NCBI GenBank assembly: GCA_032654565.1
Contig: JAULAX010000015.1
Coordinates: 608,001 to 672,000, forward strand
DNA: 64,000 nt
Origin: Anaeromyxobacteraceae bacterium
GTDB taxonomy: Bacteria > Myxococcota > Myxococcia > Myxococcales > Anaeromyxobacteraceae
Direction: 5' to 3'
Shown here in pieces: positions 1 to 8,717 of this stretch. Both the position numbers and the translations under genes were made by a program. The notes under the pieces were generated by a model. That model ran no database searches, had not been told where the DNA came from, and was given only the letters and a program-made list of their open reading frames with translations. Numbering within the stretch: the first letter of the stretch is position 1; the number at the start of each line of letters is the position of its first letter.

Positions 1-343
1 GCTCGCTGCAACCTCTTGACCATTGGTCCGCTCCCGCGTGAAGGGCACCGTACCAGACACCACCTGCGGGATGGAACCGCCAGAACCGATGAGGGTCGGA
101 GCAACGGCGGCAACGGTACCGGACGATGTTCGGCCGTGCCCTCACCGCCCACGCGCCGCGCCCCTCCCCCCGGGTAATTCAACTACCGGTTGAAGCGCCA
201 GGTCATCAGCGGCGCCAAGGGCGACCAGGAGCGGGTCTGGTAGCGGGTGAGTCCGGAGCTGGCGCACGTGAGGGTGTTGAACCTCATCCGAATCCCGGAG
301 GGAGCCATGCGAAGCGCCGGCTCCGAAACCTGACCACCTCCGC

Positions 344-658
344 TCAGGTCCTCGCTACAGAGCCATGAAAGTGCAGCCCGAGCGCGCGGATGACCTTCAT
401 CACGGTGGCGAACTCCGGGTTCCCGTCGGGCGAGAGCGCCTTGTAGAGCCCCTCGCGCGTGAGGCCGGTCTCGCGGGCCAGCGCCGTCATGCCGCGCGCC
501 TTGGCGACGGTGGCGAGGGCCGCGGTGATGAAGGCCGGGTCCTCCTCCGCCACCTCGAGGCAGGCCTCCCAGTACAGGGCGATGTCCTCCTCGGTCTTGA
601 GGTGCGCCGCCGAGTCCCACTTCCTGAGCTTGAGCTTCGCCTTGGGTTTGGTCGCCAT
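344..658 (-). CDS. Addiction-module antidote (HigA-like, HI1420 family) XRE antitoxin, orphan copy
   Basis: 104-aa ORF with W-D-S-A-A-x-L-K-T-E-E-D-I-A-L-Y and HTH GMTALARETGLTREGLYKALSPDGNPEFATV; 94/104 aa identical to the ORF at 5985-6299. Confidence 0.9.
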   Translation of the reverse strand: MATKPKAKLKLRKWDSAAHLKTEEDIALYWEACLEVAEEDPAFITAALATVAKARGMTALARETGLTREGLYKALSPDGNPEFATVMKVIRALGLHFHGSVART

Positions 659-667
659 GTTCGCCTC

Positions 668-685
668 CTACAGCCGCCTCGCCAG
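668..685 (-). pseudogene. 3' stub (LARRL-stop) of a deleted HigB-like toxin
   Basis: ctacagccgcctcgccag is identical to 6309-6326, the last codons of the intact toxin; identity stops abruptly upstream. Confidence 0.8.
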
Positions 686-690
686 CCAAC

Positions 691-708
691 TGTAAACCAT
701 GGTTAACA
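691..708. promoter_or_regulatory. Palindromic operator TGTnAACCATGGTTnACA (probable HigA site), copy 1
   Basis: tgtaaaccatggttaaca; the same palindrome lies upstream of the intact TA pair at 6629-6646. Confidence 0.65.
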
Positions 709-777
709 CGTTGGAACGAGCCGAATCGAGCCTCGGACGGCAGGGACGGCCAACCCAGACCGTGGGAGGATGGCGAC

Positions 778-1272
778 GTGTACACGCTCCGCTGCACCGG
801 CAAGCTCCTGGCGCGGCTCGGACCCGTCACCGAGGTGGCACGCGAGCCGCCCACCACGGTCCTCGGCGACTGGTACGGCACCCTGGTCTACGCCCCCGGG
901 ATGCAGCTGGTCCTCCTGGTGAGCGAGCGAACGCTCTTCCCGCTGGTCGTGCCGGCGCGCGAGGCCCGGACACTGCCGGAGCGCATCCCAGTCGCCTTGG
1001 GCCGCGCCCTGGCCCAGTTGGGTGTGTCCCCGCCCGCCATCGACCGCGAGGTGCAGGCCATGGCCGGGCTGCGGATCGGCAAGACCGCCAGCCGCACGGT
1101 CCTGGGCTCCATGAACGACTTCCGGCAGATGATGATGGCGCATCCCTGGCCGCCGAGGTCGCTCACCGCGTTCTCGCTGGAGCTGGCCGAGGCCCCCTGC
1201 GGGCCCATCGGCATGCGCAGCCCGGACGACCTGACGCGGGAGCTGTTCGCGGTGTCGGCCGGGCTGGTCTGA
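778..1272 (+). CDS. DUF6933-like protein
   Basis: GTG start after GGAGGA; motifs LRCTGKLL, LGDWY, LLVSERT, KTASRTVLGSMNDF recalled for this family. Confidence 0.65.
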   Translation: MYTLRCTGKLLARLGPVTEVAREPPTTVLGDWYGTLVYAPGMQLVLLVSERTLFPLVVPAREARTLPERIPVALGRALAQLGVSPPAIDREVQAMAGLRIGKTASRTVLGSMNDFRQMMMAHPWPPRSLTAFSLELAEAPCGPIGMRSPDDLTRELFAVSAGLV

Positions 1273-1357
1273 CGGCGCCGCGCTGGAATCGGTTATACTG
1301 ATACTGAGATGAACCCGCGCATCAGCACGCCTGGGGACCTCGCCTGGAGGCTCGGCC

Positions 1358-2041
1358 ATGGCACATAGCCGCGCCCTCGCGCCGGCCCTGGCGCCGTCCA
1401 CCGACGCACTCACCGCCGACATGGTCGGGATCGGGATGCTGGTCGGCGGCGAGGGGGCGCGCGACCCGAACATCGAGGACACGCTCCTCTTCGCGTCGGT
1501 CGAAGGCATGGAGCGAGGCGACCTCCGCGTGCTCGCTGTGCTGGTCACATGGTTCGACGTGCACTCCAGCCGCGTCAACGCCGACCGGCTCACCCGGCTC
1601 GTGGCGCTGCAGGAGTCGAAGCGGGTCCGCGCCTTCTGGAGCGCGCTGGCGCACTGGCGCTCGACCGACCGTCGTTTCGCGCGACTGGCGAGAGGCTACC
1701 GGGGACCGCGGGTCGACCTCCTGACCACAGGGACCGACTTCCAGTTGAGGCGGCACGGCGAGGATCCACGATTCACAGGGTCTAGACTTCGCGCGCCGGC
1801 CAACGTTCTGCGCGACAGGCCAGCCGACGTGCTCACACCGGCTGAGCTCGCCGCGCGCCACTCCGCTTACCGCTGGCGTCTCGTCATCGGCCCCACCTAC
1901 CGGGCCGACATGTGGTCTGCATTGGAGCGGGAACCGGCGCTGTCGGCAGCGGCCCTGGCACGGACCGCCTACGGGTCGTTTGCAACCGCCTGGCAGACGA
2001 GGAGAGACTTCGGTGTCTGGTCGGCCTCGACAGCGAGATAG
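1358..2041 (+). CDS. Hypothetical protein with C-terminal HTH-like segment
   Basis: 227-aa ORF with GGAGG RBS; ends LSAAALARTAYGSFATAWQT. Confidence 0.65.
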   Translation: MAHSRALAPALAPSTDALTADMVGIGMLVGGEGARDPNIEDTLLFASVEGMERGDLRVLAVLVTWFDVHSSRVNADRLTRLVALQESKRVRAFWSALAHWRSTDRRFARLARGYRGPRVDLLTTGTDFQLRRHGEDPRFTGSRLRAPANVLRDRPADVLTPAELAARHSAYRWRLVIGPTYRADMWSALEREPALSAAALARTAYGSFATAWQTRRDFGVWSASTAR

Positions 2042-2090
2042 GGCAAAGGGCCCCCACGTCGCCGTGGAAGCCCTCGTCGTTGCATCGGAT

Positions 2091-2137
2091 ATTGGAGCGG
2101 GAAACCGGATTCGAACCGGCGACCCTCAGCTTGGGAA
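2091..2137. repeat. Left attachment site: 47-bp direct repeat of the tRNA-Gly 3' half
   Basis: attggagcgggaaaccggattcgaaccggcgaccctcagcttgggaa is identical to 20420-20466. Confidence 0.97.
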
Positions 2138-2463
2138 CGGACTTCACGCGGAGTCCACCTGGTGTCACTGGTTCGCAAGGGCTGGTAACGACTGGAGGTG
2201 GGTATGACGCTGGTGTCCAGCCGTCCCAGCCGGAACAGATGCTTCTCAGGGGTTTTGCTACGCCCTTGCTACGTAACTCTGGGTCGGTGTTGGAGGTGCC
2301 GCCCGGTGGCCTGCTGACGGTGCGGGAGGCGGCCCGGGTGCTCAGGGTGTCCACGGCGACGGTCTACAAGCTCTGCACGAGGGGGATGCTCGTTCACCTT
2401 CGGGTGCTCAATGTGATCCGCGTCCCCTCGGCAGCACTGCGGGCCAGTGTCAAAGGACGATGA
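2137..2463 (+). other. Detached 3' segment of the integrase gene (108 codons, C-terminal HTH_17/Xis-like domain)
   Basis: Same frame through the att core as the integrase (LERETGFEPATLSLG); continues TDFTRSPP...LLTVREAARVLRVSTATVYKLCTRGMLVHLRVLNVIRVP to TGA at 2461-2463. Confidence 0.85.
2254..2273 (+). repeat. Putative integrase arm-type site tttgctacgcccttgctacg, copy 1
   Basis: Tandem TTGCTACG with 11-bp period; identical 20-mer at 20331-20350. Confidence 0.7.
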
Positions 2464-3403
2464 GTTGAGCGATGTCGTCAATTGGGCCGATCTCAACATC
2501 AACGTGATGCAGTCGCTCAGCCTGGGAGGGCGGGAGCCACACGTAGCGATGTTCCCTCTGATAGGCATAGCGGAAATGCTTCGCCGATGGCACGAATACC
2601 TTCGCGCTGGTCGGCCGCAGCGGATCCACGTACGTTACTTCACCCTCCGAGAACGCAGCCCCGGGCATCGCCATCGCACTGGCTTGACGCAGGCGCCGCC
2701 CGAACGCCGCTGGGTCCCGGAGCACGACACAGGCGTCTGCGCTGAAATCGACGAAGAGGCGCGGCTGCACAGATGCGGCAACGCAGTATAGCCAGTAATC
2801 CCCAGGCGCCTTGAACTCTACGTCAAGACGCTGCGATCCGGCGTTGACGGGCACATCCTGGGGATTCTGGACAAGCCCGACCACGTCCGCTCGCGAAAGC
2901 ACGACTGACCAGTTCAGGAGCAGCTCGTCGTCGCGGATGGCTCCATTGTGCTCGGCCGCTGAGAAATAGCTCGCCGGCTGGATGCGCACTGCGCCGCGCG
3001 AGAACAGTGTCTCCATGTGAGCGCGTTTGCCGAACTTTGTGATCGTCTGCATGCCCTCTGAGCGAGCCGCGGCCACAGCAGGAGTGGCTTTGTGCGCAAG
3101 TTCGCCTACGAGATCCGGGAATGGCTCGGAATGCAAAATGTCGCGAGTGAACCCCGCCGGATACAGTCCATGGCGCAGGCGCATCTCCTCTAGGACATGG
3201 GTCCAAACTTCCGGCCAATGCCGCGTGCTCTCGTCGATGCTTACGAGGCCCACCTTGCCCTCGGCAGTGAGCACCAACTGGTTCAGGAGGATGTCCCGAA
3301 TGCGAGTATTCAGTTCGGGCTGCGACAGATGGCGCGCGTACCTGTTCTGGCGGTACTGGAGGCGCCAGATCTCATGCCTCGGCATCAGGAGGGGGACGCT
3401 CAT
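2450..3403 (-). CDS. Hypothetical protein with DUF2971-like C-terminal domain (start uncertain, ORF open to 3460)
   Basis: YWLYCV...GEVTYVD...KHFRYAYQREHRYVW resembles the DUF2971 V-x-Y and K-x3-(W/Y)-x-Y-(E/Q)-x-E-x-R motifs. Confidence 0.6.
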   Translation of the reverse strand: MSVPLLMPRHEIWRLQYRQNRYARHLSQPELNTRIRDILLNQLVLTAEGKVGLVSIDESTRHWPEVWTHVLEEMRLRHGLYPAGFTRDILHSEPFPDLVGELAHKATPAVAAARSEGMQTITKFGKRAHMETLFSRGAVRIQPASYFSAAEHNGAIRDDELLLNWSVVLSRADVVGLVQNPQDVPVNAGSQRLDVEFKAPGDYWLYCVAASVQPRLFVDFSADACVVLRDPAAFGRRLRQASAMAMPGAAFSEGEVTYVDPLRPTSAKVFVPSAKHFRYAYQREHRYVWLPPSQAERLHHVDVEIGPIDDIAQLIVL

Positions 3404-3703
3404 CGAGACCCAATGGTCCCACCTATAGTCCATGCCCCTGTCAGGCAGTGGGCCGGACACGGGCGGTCGCAGGGGCGCGCGATGCCTACTGGTCTGGGGG
3501 TACCCGGCCGCGACTCATCCATCAGATGGGCCATTCGATGGCTGCTAGAGCGGCCCCAGAGCTTCCAGCCTCAGGCGCGTGCTCTCCACGACTGCTCGGA
3601 AGGTCGAGAGGTCCGCTGGCGACCGGCGCGCCCAACCTCGACGTGGTCGCGGCTGTGTTCCTCATGGTGGCCGCCGCGCCATTCCTCGCTAGACTTCTAG
3701 CCC

Positions 3704-4606
3704 ATGTCAGGAACCAGCCGTCGCGTTCATCCACGCGTGAGCTTCTTCAAGTATATGAAGGCGCCTACTGCCAGGGTCGTTCTGGCAGCCAAGGCGTTGA
3801 GGTGGAGTTCGCCTCTGCTCTTCAACGACCCCTTCGATATCCCACGAGAGCTTGCGGTCGGGGTGGACCCGGCGAACCTCACGTCCGCTCTAGCACGCCG
3901 ATTTGAATCTCTCATGCTGCATCCACCAGACGACACCTCCGGTCTCCAACCGAAGGTCAGGCTCCTGGTGGAAGCGGCGAAGCGCGGGCTCGCCCCCAAA
4001 CTGAAAGCCGATCTGATCGACGAGTTCCATTCTGCGGCCGGGTCTTTGCGAGCATCGAGCGACTCGTTGAACGAGTTGCGGCGCCTCTGGGGCACCTCCA
4101 TTCCCGACTTTCGAGTCTTCTGCTTGACCGAGGATCCCACCTCCGCGTCAATGTGGAACCACTACGCGGAGAGCATGTCAGGCGCTGTTCTGGAGTTCGT
4201 GTGCAGGGAGGAGCGCGACAGCCCCTGGTTTGAGGCACGGCCCGTCACCTACTCGACTCCGGTGGCCGAGATGTTCAACGCGGATGAGCCGGCCGAGATC
4301 GTCATGCTGGCCCAGCCCCAAGCGCAGGAGGCGATCCTCGACCGGGCGACGTTCCGAAAGTCCCCGGAATGGAGCTACGAGAAGGAGTGGAGGGTCGTGA
4401 GCAGCAGGCGAGCGGCTGATACAGAGCACTATACTGACTACCCGTTTCATACTGACGAGCTTGCGGCCGTGTACCTTGGCCCCAAAATCGCTCCGGCCGA
4501 CCGAGATGCCCTAGTCACTTCGGCGCGCCCCTTCCCGCGTGCGCGAGTGATTCTGATGGAGATCGAGATCGGCCGAGGGTTTCGTCAAACCGTCCTGAGC
4601 GACTGA
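3704..4606 (+). CDS. DUF2971 domain protein
   Basis: FKY, SSP..FNDPFD, VFCLTED...MWNHYA..G..LEF, PVTYS, KSPEWSYEKEWR, VYLG: complete family motif set. Confidence 0.88.
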   Translation: MSGTSRRVHPRVSFFKYMKAPTARVVLAAKALRWSSPLLFNDPFDIPRELAVGVDPANLTSALARRFESLMLHPPDDTSGLQPKVRLLVEAAKRGLAPKLKADLIDEFHSAAGSLRASSDSLNELRRLWGTSIPDFRVFCLTEDPTSASMWNHYAESMSGAVLEFVCREERDSPWFEARPVTYSTPVAEMFNADEPAEIVMLAQPQAQEAILDRATFRKSPEWSYEKEWRVVSSRRAADTEHYTDYPFHTDELAAVYLGPKIAPADRDALVTSARPFPRARVILMEIEIGRGFRQTVLSD

Positions 4607-4714
4607 GGGTCGCCCGGGACGTCGAGGCCCCTGACCGGCACCGGTCATTCTTGGTCAGGGCCCGTTCCGCCGGCGCCATCCACCGATCAAGGCTCCGAGC
4701 CGGCGGATCGTGGC

Positions 4715-4945
4715 TCACGCTTCAACATCCGCGGAGCCCTCACGGAGCATCTCGTCTCGGGAGACACCGCAATAGCCACATCCGAATCCTTCCTCCAACA
4801 CCTCACCTTCATCGCCCAGGAGATCGCGCCAGATGAGCCCGTCGCGGCGCCAAACGACTTCGAAGCCGTCTCCGTGCGCCACCTGAAAGCGCCCTCTTGT
4901 CTGGCAACGTGGACACGTGATTGTGCTCGGTACTGGAATCTGCAT
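4715..4945 (-). CDS. Small zinc-ribbon-like protein
   Basis: 76 aa with CPRC and CGYC; GGAGGT RBS just upstream. Confidence 0.6.
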   Translation of the reverse strand: MQIPVPSTITCPRCQTRGRFQVAHGDGFEVVWRRDGLIWRDLLGDEGEVLEEGFGCGYCGVSRDEMLREGSADVEA

Positions 4946-4995
4946 GACACCTCCGAGTGAAGCATTCTCCAGGCGCCCTGCGCGGCCAGCGGAGA

Positions 4996-5730
4996 CTAGG
5001 CGTCACGGTGGGTGAGCCAAGCCAAGAAGCGAACTCCAAGATCGGTCGCGCGAACGAACGTGTAGGCACGGGAATCGAAGCGACCAAAGCTGTCGTCGTA
5101 TGCGAGACCCTTCCTTACAAGGCTTTGGATGATCGAGCGAAACACCTCCGGCGGATGGCCCATGACGGGCTCCCCCGAATAGTCGTAAGGCTTGAGTTCG
5201 GCCTTCACGCCCTGCTGCTCTTTGGACAGCAGCCAGCGTGTCGCATCACATACCTGGTGCAGGATGGCGAGTTCGGCTTCGCTTATTTCTGTGAGTACAT
5301 CAATGAACAGCGGGCCAAAGTCAGGTTCCTTCTGGCCCGTCATGGCGTGGAGCAGAACTGCCTGGAAATGGTCGCGCCTCGCCTGGCTCGAACTGCGTGC
5401 AACCCGGAGGCACACGTCTTCAACGAGGTCGCTGAACTCCGGTGATCTCATGTACTCCATATCAAGGGCCTCTTCGCGTAGTTGGGCGACGCGCGCGGCG
5501 AGCCCTACCAGAAAGCCCTCGAGGCGTGCCTGCTTGAGCCTTGAGCGTGCTTCGAACATCACCTCGTTCAACAGAGAACCGGCGTATGGGACCGCGCCTA
5601 CCAGGCCTTTGATGACCGATAGGCCGTACTCCCGCGCGACTGTAGCGGCGCGGTCGTTCGTCAGCTCGATCGAGTTCGGGGTAAGCGCACTCGGGGAGCC
5701 TGGGGCATTGCCATCTCGTGTGCGTGCCAT
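4996..5730 (-). CDS. Abi-alpha/DUF4393-like protein
   Basis: ATG after GGAGAGG; GAVPYAGSLLNE...RLEGFL...SPEFSDL...FIDVLTEISEAELAIL and a C-terminal winged-helix-like segment (IQSLVRKGL...TDLGVRFL). Confidence 0.6.
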   Translation of the reverse strand: MARTRDGNAPGSPSALTPNSIELTNDRAATVAREYGLSVIKGLVGAVPYAGSLLNEVMFEARSRLKQARLEGFLVGLAARVAQLREEALDMEYMRSPEFSDLVEDVCLRVARSSSQARRDHFQAVLLHAMTGQKEPDFGPLFIDVLTEISEAELAILHQVCDATRWLLSKEQQGVKAELKPYDYSGEPVMGHPPEVFRSIIQSLVRKGLAYDDSFGRFDSRAYTFVRATDLGVRFLAWLTHRDA

Positions 5731-5984
5731 GCCTCTCCTGTGGGCGGGACCGACGCCGACGGGCGCCAGCCGCATTCTTGGTGGGACTGGGTCACCTAAC
5801 GAGAATGGAAGTGCTTTCCGTGCGAGGCTCGTCGCGGTGGTTGATCCTGGGCTACATGGTCAGCCCTGGGCGTGCCTTCTGTGAAGCGCCGTCCTCCTGT
5901 TCGGGCAACCGCGTTTGTTCTCCTGGCATCGATTCACTAGCAGGTGTAGCTCACGCGCCAATCGCCAAGGCGCTTCACCCCCGC

Positions 5985-6299
5985 TCAGGTGCGCGCCACG
6001 GATCCATGCAGGTGAAGCCCGAGGGCGCGTATGACCTTCATCACGGTGGCGAACTCAGGGTTGCCGTCGGGCGAGAGCGCCTTGTAGAGCCCCTCTCGCG
6101 TGAGGCCCGTCTCCCGGGCCAGCGCCGTCATGCCGTGCGCCTTGGCGATGGTGGCGAGGGCCGCGGTGATGAAGGCCGGGTCCTCGGCTGCCTCATCGAG
6201 GCAGGCATCCCAGTAGAGGGCGATGTCCTCCTCGGTCTTGAGGTACGCCGCGGAGTCCCACTTCCTGAGCTTGAGCTTCGCCTTGGACTGGGTCGCCAT
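5985..6299 (-). CDS. higA: Addiction-module antidote (HigA-like, HI1420 family)
   Basis: XRE HTH protein directly downstream of a RelE-family toxin. Confidence 0.88.
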   Translation of the reverse strand: MATQSKAKLKLRKWDSAAYLKTEEDIALYWDACLDEAAEDPAFITAALATIAKAHGMTALARETGLTREGLYKALSPDGNPEFATVMKVIRALGLHLHGSVART

Positions 6300-6308
6300 G
6301 ATCGCCTC

Positions 6309-6599
6309 CTACAGCCGCCTCGCCAGTTCGAGTGCACTGGCGATGTCCCTGGCCTGCGAGGACTTGTCTCCGCCACCGAGCAGGACGACGACCTCCAGGC
6401 CTCGCTGGACGAAGTAGACCCGGTAGCCGGGCCCGTGATGGATCCTCATCTCCGAGACGCCCTCGCCGACCGGAGCGCAGTCCCCGAGATTCCCGGCCTC
6501 CGCGCGGTCGATGCGCGCCTGGATGCGGCGGGCTGCTCTCTGGTTCGGCAGCCCCGAGAACCAGGTGTCGAAGGCCTCGGTGGTGAGGACCGGCCACAT
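6309..6599 (-). CDS. higB: Addiction-module killer protein (HigB/RelE family, DUF891-like)
   Basis: F..WFSGL...RIQARI.R...GNLGDC.PVGEGVSEMRIHHGPGYRVYF...LLGGGDKSSQ.RDI..A; toxin-first order. Confidence 0.9.
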   Translation of the reverse strand: MWPVLTTEAFDTWFSGLPNQRAARRIQARIDRAEAGNLGDCAPVGEGVSEMRIHHGPGYRVYFVQRGLEVVVLLGGGDKSSQARDIASALELARRL

Positions 6600-6628
6600 G
6601 GAGGGAATCTAGGGCGCTCGCCTGCTGG

Positions 6629-6646
6629 TGTCAACCATGGTTCACA
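6629..6646. promoter_or_regulatory. Palindromic operator TGTnAACCATGGTTnACA, copy 2
   Basis: tgtcaaccatggttcaca about 30 bp upstream of the higB start. Confidence 0.7.
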
Positions 6647-6975
6647 ATAGGAAGGGGCCCGATCGAACCTCAGGCCACTCGGGGCCCGTGGTGGTTGGAC
6701 GGAACAGTCCGGAGACGAGGTGGAGGGCGGGTTGAAATAGGTGCATCGAGGTCATCCCGCGCGCCCTGGCAGGTCCCCGCCACCGATGAGGTGGCGCGCG
6801 CGATGCGGGGAACCACGACAGTTTCGAGGACCGATGTGTGGCTGGTCTGAGTATTCGCATGGAAGTCCCAGTGCTTATGCCCCGCGTCCGCCATCGGCGT
6901 AGCCCCTAGTTTGCTAGCGGTCGGCCGGTGGTTATCCTGAAGGAAGTCCAAGGGCGCGATCGGTCGAGTCCGTCG

Positions 6976-7017
6976 TTGACAACAATGACCATACAGCGTA
7001 TATATGGTTACCATACA
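6976..7017 (+). promoter_or_regulatory. Sigma70-like promoter with overlapping ACCATA operator repeats
   Basis: TTGACA (6976-6981)-N17-TATATA (6999-7004); ACCATACA at 6988 and 7010; inverted repeat TATGGT-T-ACCATA at 7003-7015. Confidence 0.7.
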
Positions 7018-7064
7018 AGTGGCGGCTGAGGCCGCACGGGACTAACGCTTGGGAGCTACGGACT

Positions 7065-7301
7065 ATGAGTGCCACCACCACCACGGATGACAGCAGGGGG
7101 GTCATCAAGATCTCGCTGAACCTGCCCAGGTACGTGTTCGACGCGGTCAAGGAACTCGCCGCGAGGAGCCACACCACGAACACGGCCGTGATCCGTCACG
7201 CTATCGAGTTCATGAAGTACCTGGACGACGCTAGCCAGAACGGCGCCAAGGTTCTGATCAAGGAACCGGGCCAGGAGATGAAGGAGGTGGTGTTCCGATG
7301 A
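7065..7301 (+). CDS. Ribbon-helix-helix (CopG-like) DNA-binding protein
   Basis: IKISLNLP beta-strand, then helices FDAVKELAAR and NTAVIRHAIEF. Confidence 0.8.
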   Translation: MSATTTTDDSRGVIKISLNLPRYVFDAVKELAARSHTTNTAVIRHAIEFMKYLDDASQNGAKVLIKEPGQEMKEVVFR

Positions 7302-7415
7302 CGTGACCCAGGACTGACGTAAACCGATGCGCCGTCACGATGAGTGACGGCCTGCATTTACTCTCGCGAAAGGACTTTCCCCATGTCGTTCTTGACCACC
7401 GAGTAGAGGACCAGA

Positions 7416-7759
7416 TGACGAACACACCTCCAGCCCATCGAGAGTGTCTCGATGGCATCACAGATAGTGACGCAGTTGAAGAAGTCGATCTCACACACGA
7501 AGGCGCCGGCGAGCGGCTGACGCTGCGCCTTCGACCCTACACACCCCAACGTGATCGCGAGCGGAAGCGGGGCTGGCTTGCATACAGCCTCGTCGGCCTT
7601 GTCGCGCTAAACGTGTTGGGCGCGTTCGGGCTCGTGGTCGCAGGCTTCGACATCGCGATCATCGAGAAGCTGCTCACCTACACGTTCACTCCCATCATGA
7701 CGCTGACCGGCGGCGGCGTGATGGCGTTCTACTTTGGAGGGCGCACCGTGAGCGGCTGA
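7416..7759 (+). CDS. Small two-TM membrane protein (alternative start 7340)
   Basis: Hydrophobic stretches WLAYSLVGLVALNVLGAFGLVV and LLTYTFTPIMTLTGGGVMAFYFG; GAGGA RBS. Confidence 0.65.
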
Positions 7760-7791
7760 TCCGGTCAGACGACGCTGACGGACTTGCTAGT

Positions 7792-7826
7792 GGGGATGAC
7801 CCGAGCGCGCGGCTCGGGTCATCCCC
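7792..7826. terminator. 15-bp perfect hairpin after the RHH/TM operon
   Basis: ggggatgacccgagc-gcgcg-gctcgggtcatcccc; only a short T tail. Confidence 0.55.
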
Positions 7827-8015
7827 TTCAAGCACGCGGCCGGAGCCGCCGGACCGTCTTGAACGCTACGCCACAATCGAGCGCTGCCCTTGCCGCACGA
7901 TCCCCTTCAGCTGAACCTGGAGAATGCCGCCATCCACCTCGATCTGCGTGAACGTCACGCGCGCCGAAGTAGCCGAGATCGGCCACGTTCTGGTCGCCCG
8001 CGAGTGTATCCTCAC

Positions 8016-8717
8016 GTGGTGAGCGACTCGGCAGCGTCAACGCCCATTGCGCCAGGTCCCGTCCTGGTACTGAATGGCAGGCAGCGAGCCGTCGAGGCGG
8101 CGCTCGCAAGGAAGAACACCGAGCTTGTCAGGTTCTACGTCGGCGCGCTGAGTGCCGTCGCCTACGGGGCCAATCCCGACCGTCTAGCGCAGGCCGCGCA
8201 CGGCTTCCGAGAGCTGATGGAGAAGTTCCCCAAGTACGTTGACGTCGCGATACCAGCCCACAGCGAGAAACTCGGCGTGAAGGTCAACGAGCTTGAAGGC
8301 AAGTGGAACAAGGCGAAGGTGAAGAGCAAATGCCGCCGGCCCGAAGGTGGCTGGGAAGGGGAGATCGACAAGCCTGCGCGTGAACTCCTCGAAGCGACCG
8401 ACGCCCTTTTCGGTTGGAAAAAGGACCACATGCCACGCCGACAGGCTGAGATCGCACAGACGCTGGTGCGGCTGGATCCGGCCGGACGCCCGCTTCCGGC
8501 GCCGCTCCAGAAGCTAAACGTCAACCTCTGGGCGGATATGCGTGACTTCTTCCAGAAGGTCGCTCACCACGGCTACGTCTGTACAGTCGAGGAGTTTTCA
8601 CAATGGGCAGAGGCGCTCGAACTGTTTCTGATCGAGCGGCTCCAGCCTCGGACGTTCGACGACTTCACGGCCATCGACGCCATCCTCGACGAGGGGAAGG
8701 GTGGAAGGAATGGTTAG
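8016..8717 (+). CDS. Helical protein, putative HEPN-like nuclease (start uncertain)
   Basis: NPDRLAQAAHGFRELMEK and RDFFQKVAHH motifs; stop overlaps the start of the next gene. Confidence 0.55.
   Translation: MVSDSAASTPIAPGPVLVLNGRQRAVEAALARKNTELVRFYVGALSAVAYGANPDRLAQAAHGFRELMEKFPKYVDVAIPAHSEKLGVKVNELEGKWNKAKVKSKCRRPEGGWEGEIDKPARELLEATDALFGWKKDHMPRRQAEIAQTLVRLDPAGRPLPAPLQKLNVNLWADMRDFFQKVAHHGYVCTVEEFSQWAEALELFLIERLQPRTFDDFTAIDAILDEGKGGRNG

Noticed and set aside
1921..1937. attggagcgggaaccgg resembling the start of the att core
   Set aside because: Short, has a 1-nt gap and sits in coding sequence (ALEREPA); chance match is plausible
1912..2463. 183-aa ORF as an independent gene
   Set aside because: Its 5' part overlaps another CDS and crosses the left att site; better explained as the detached integrase tail
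6670..6894. ORF MADAGHKHWDFHANTQ... as a possible decayed gene start
   Set aside because: Turns non-protein-like after about 25 codons; no family can be supported
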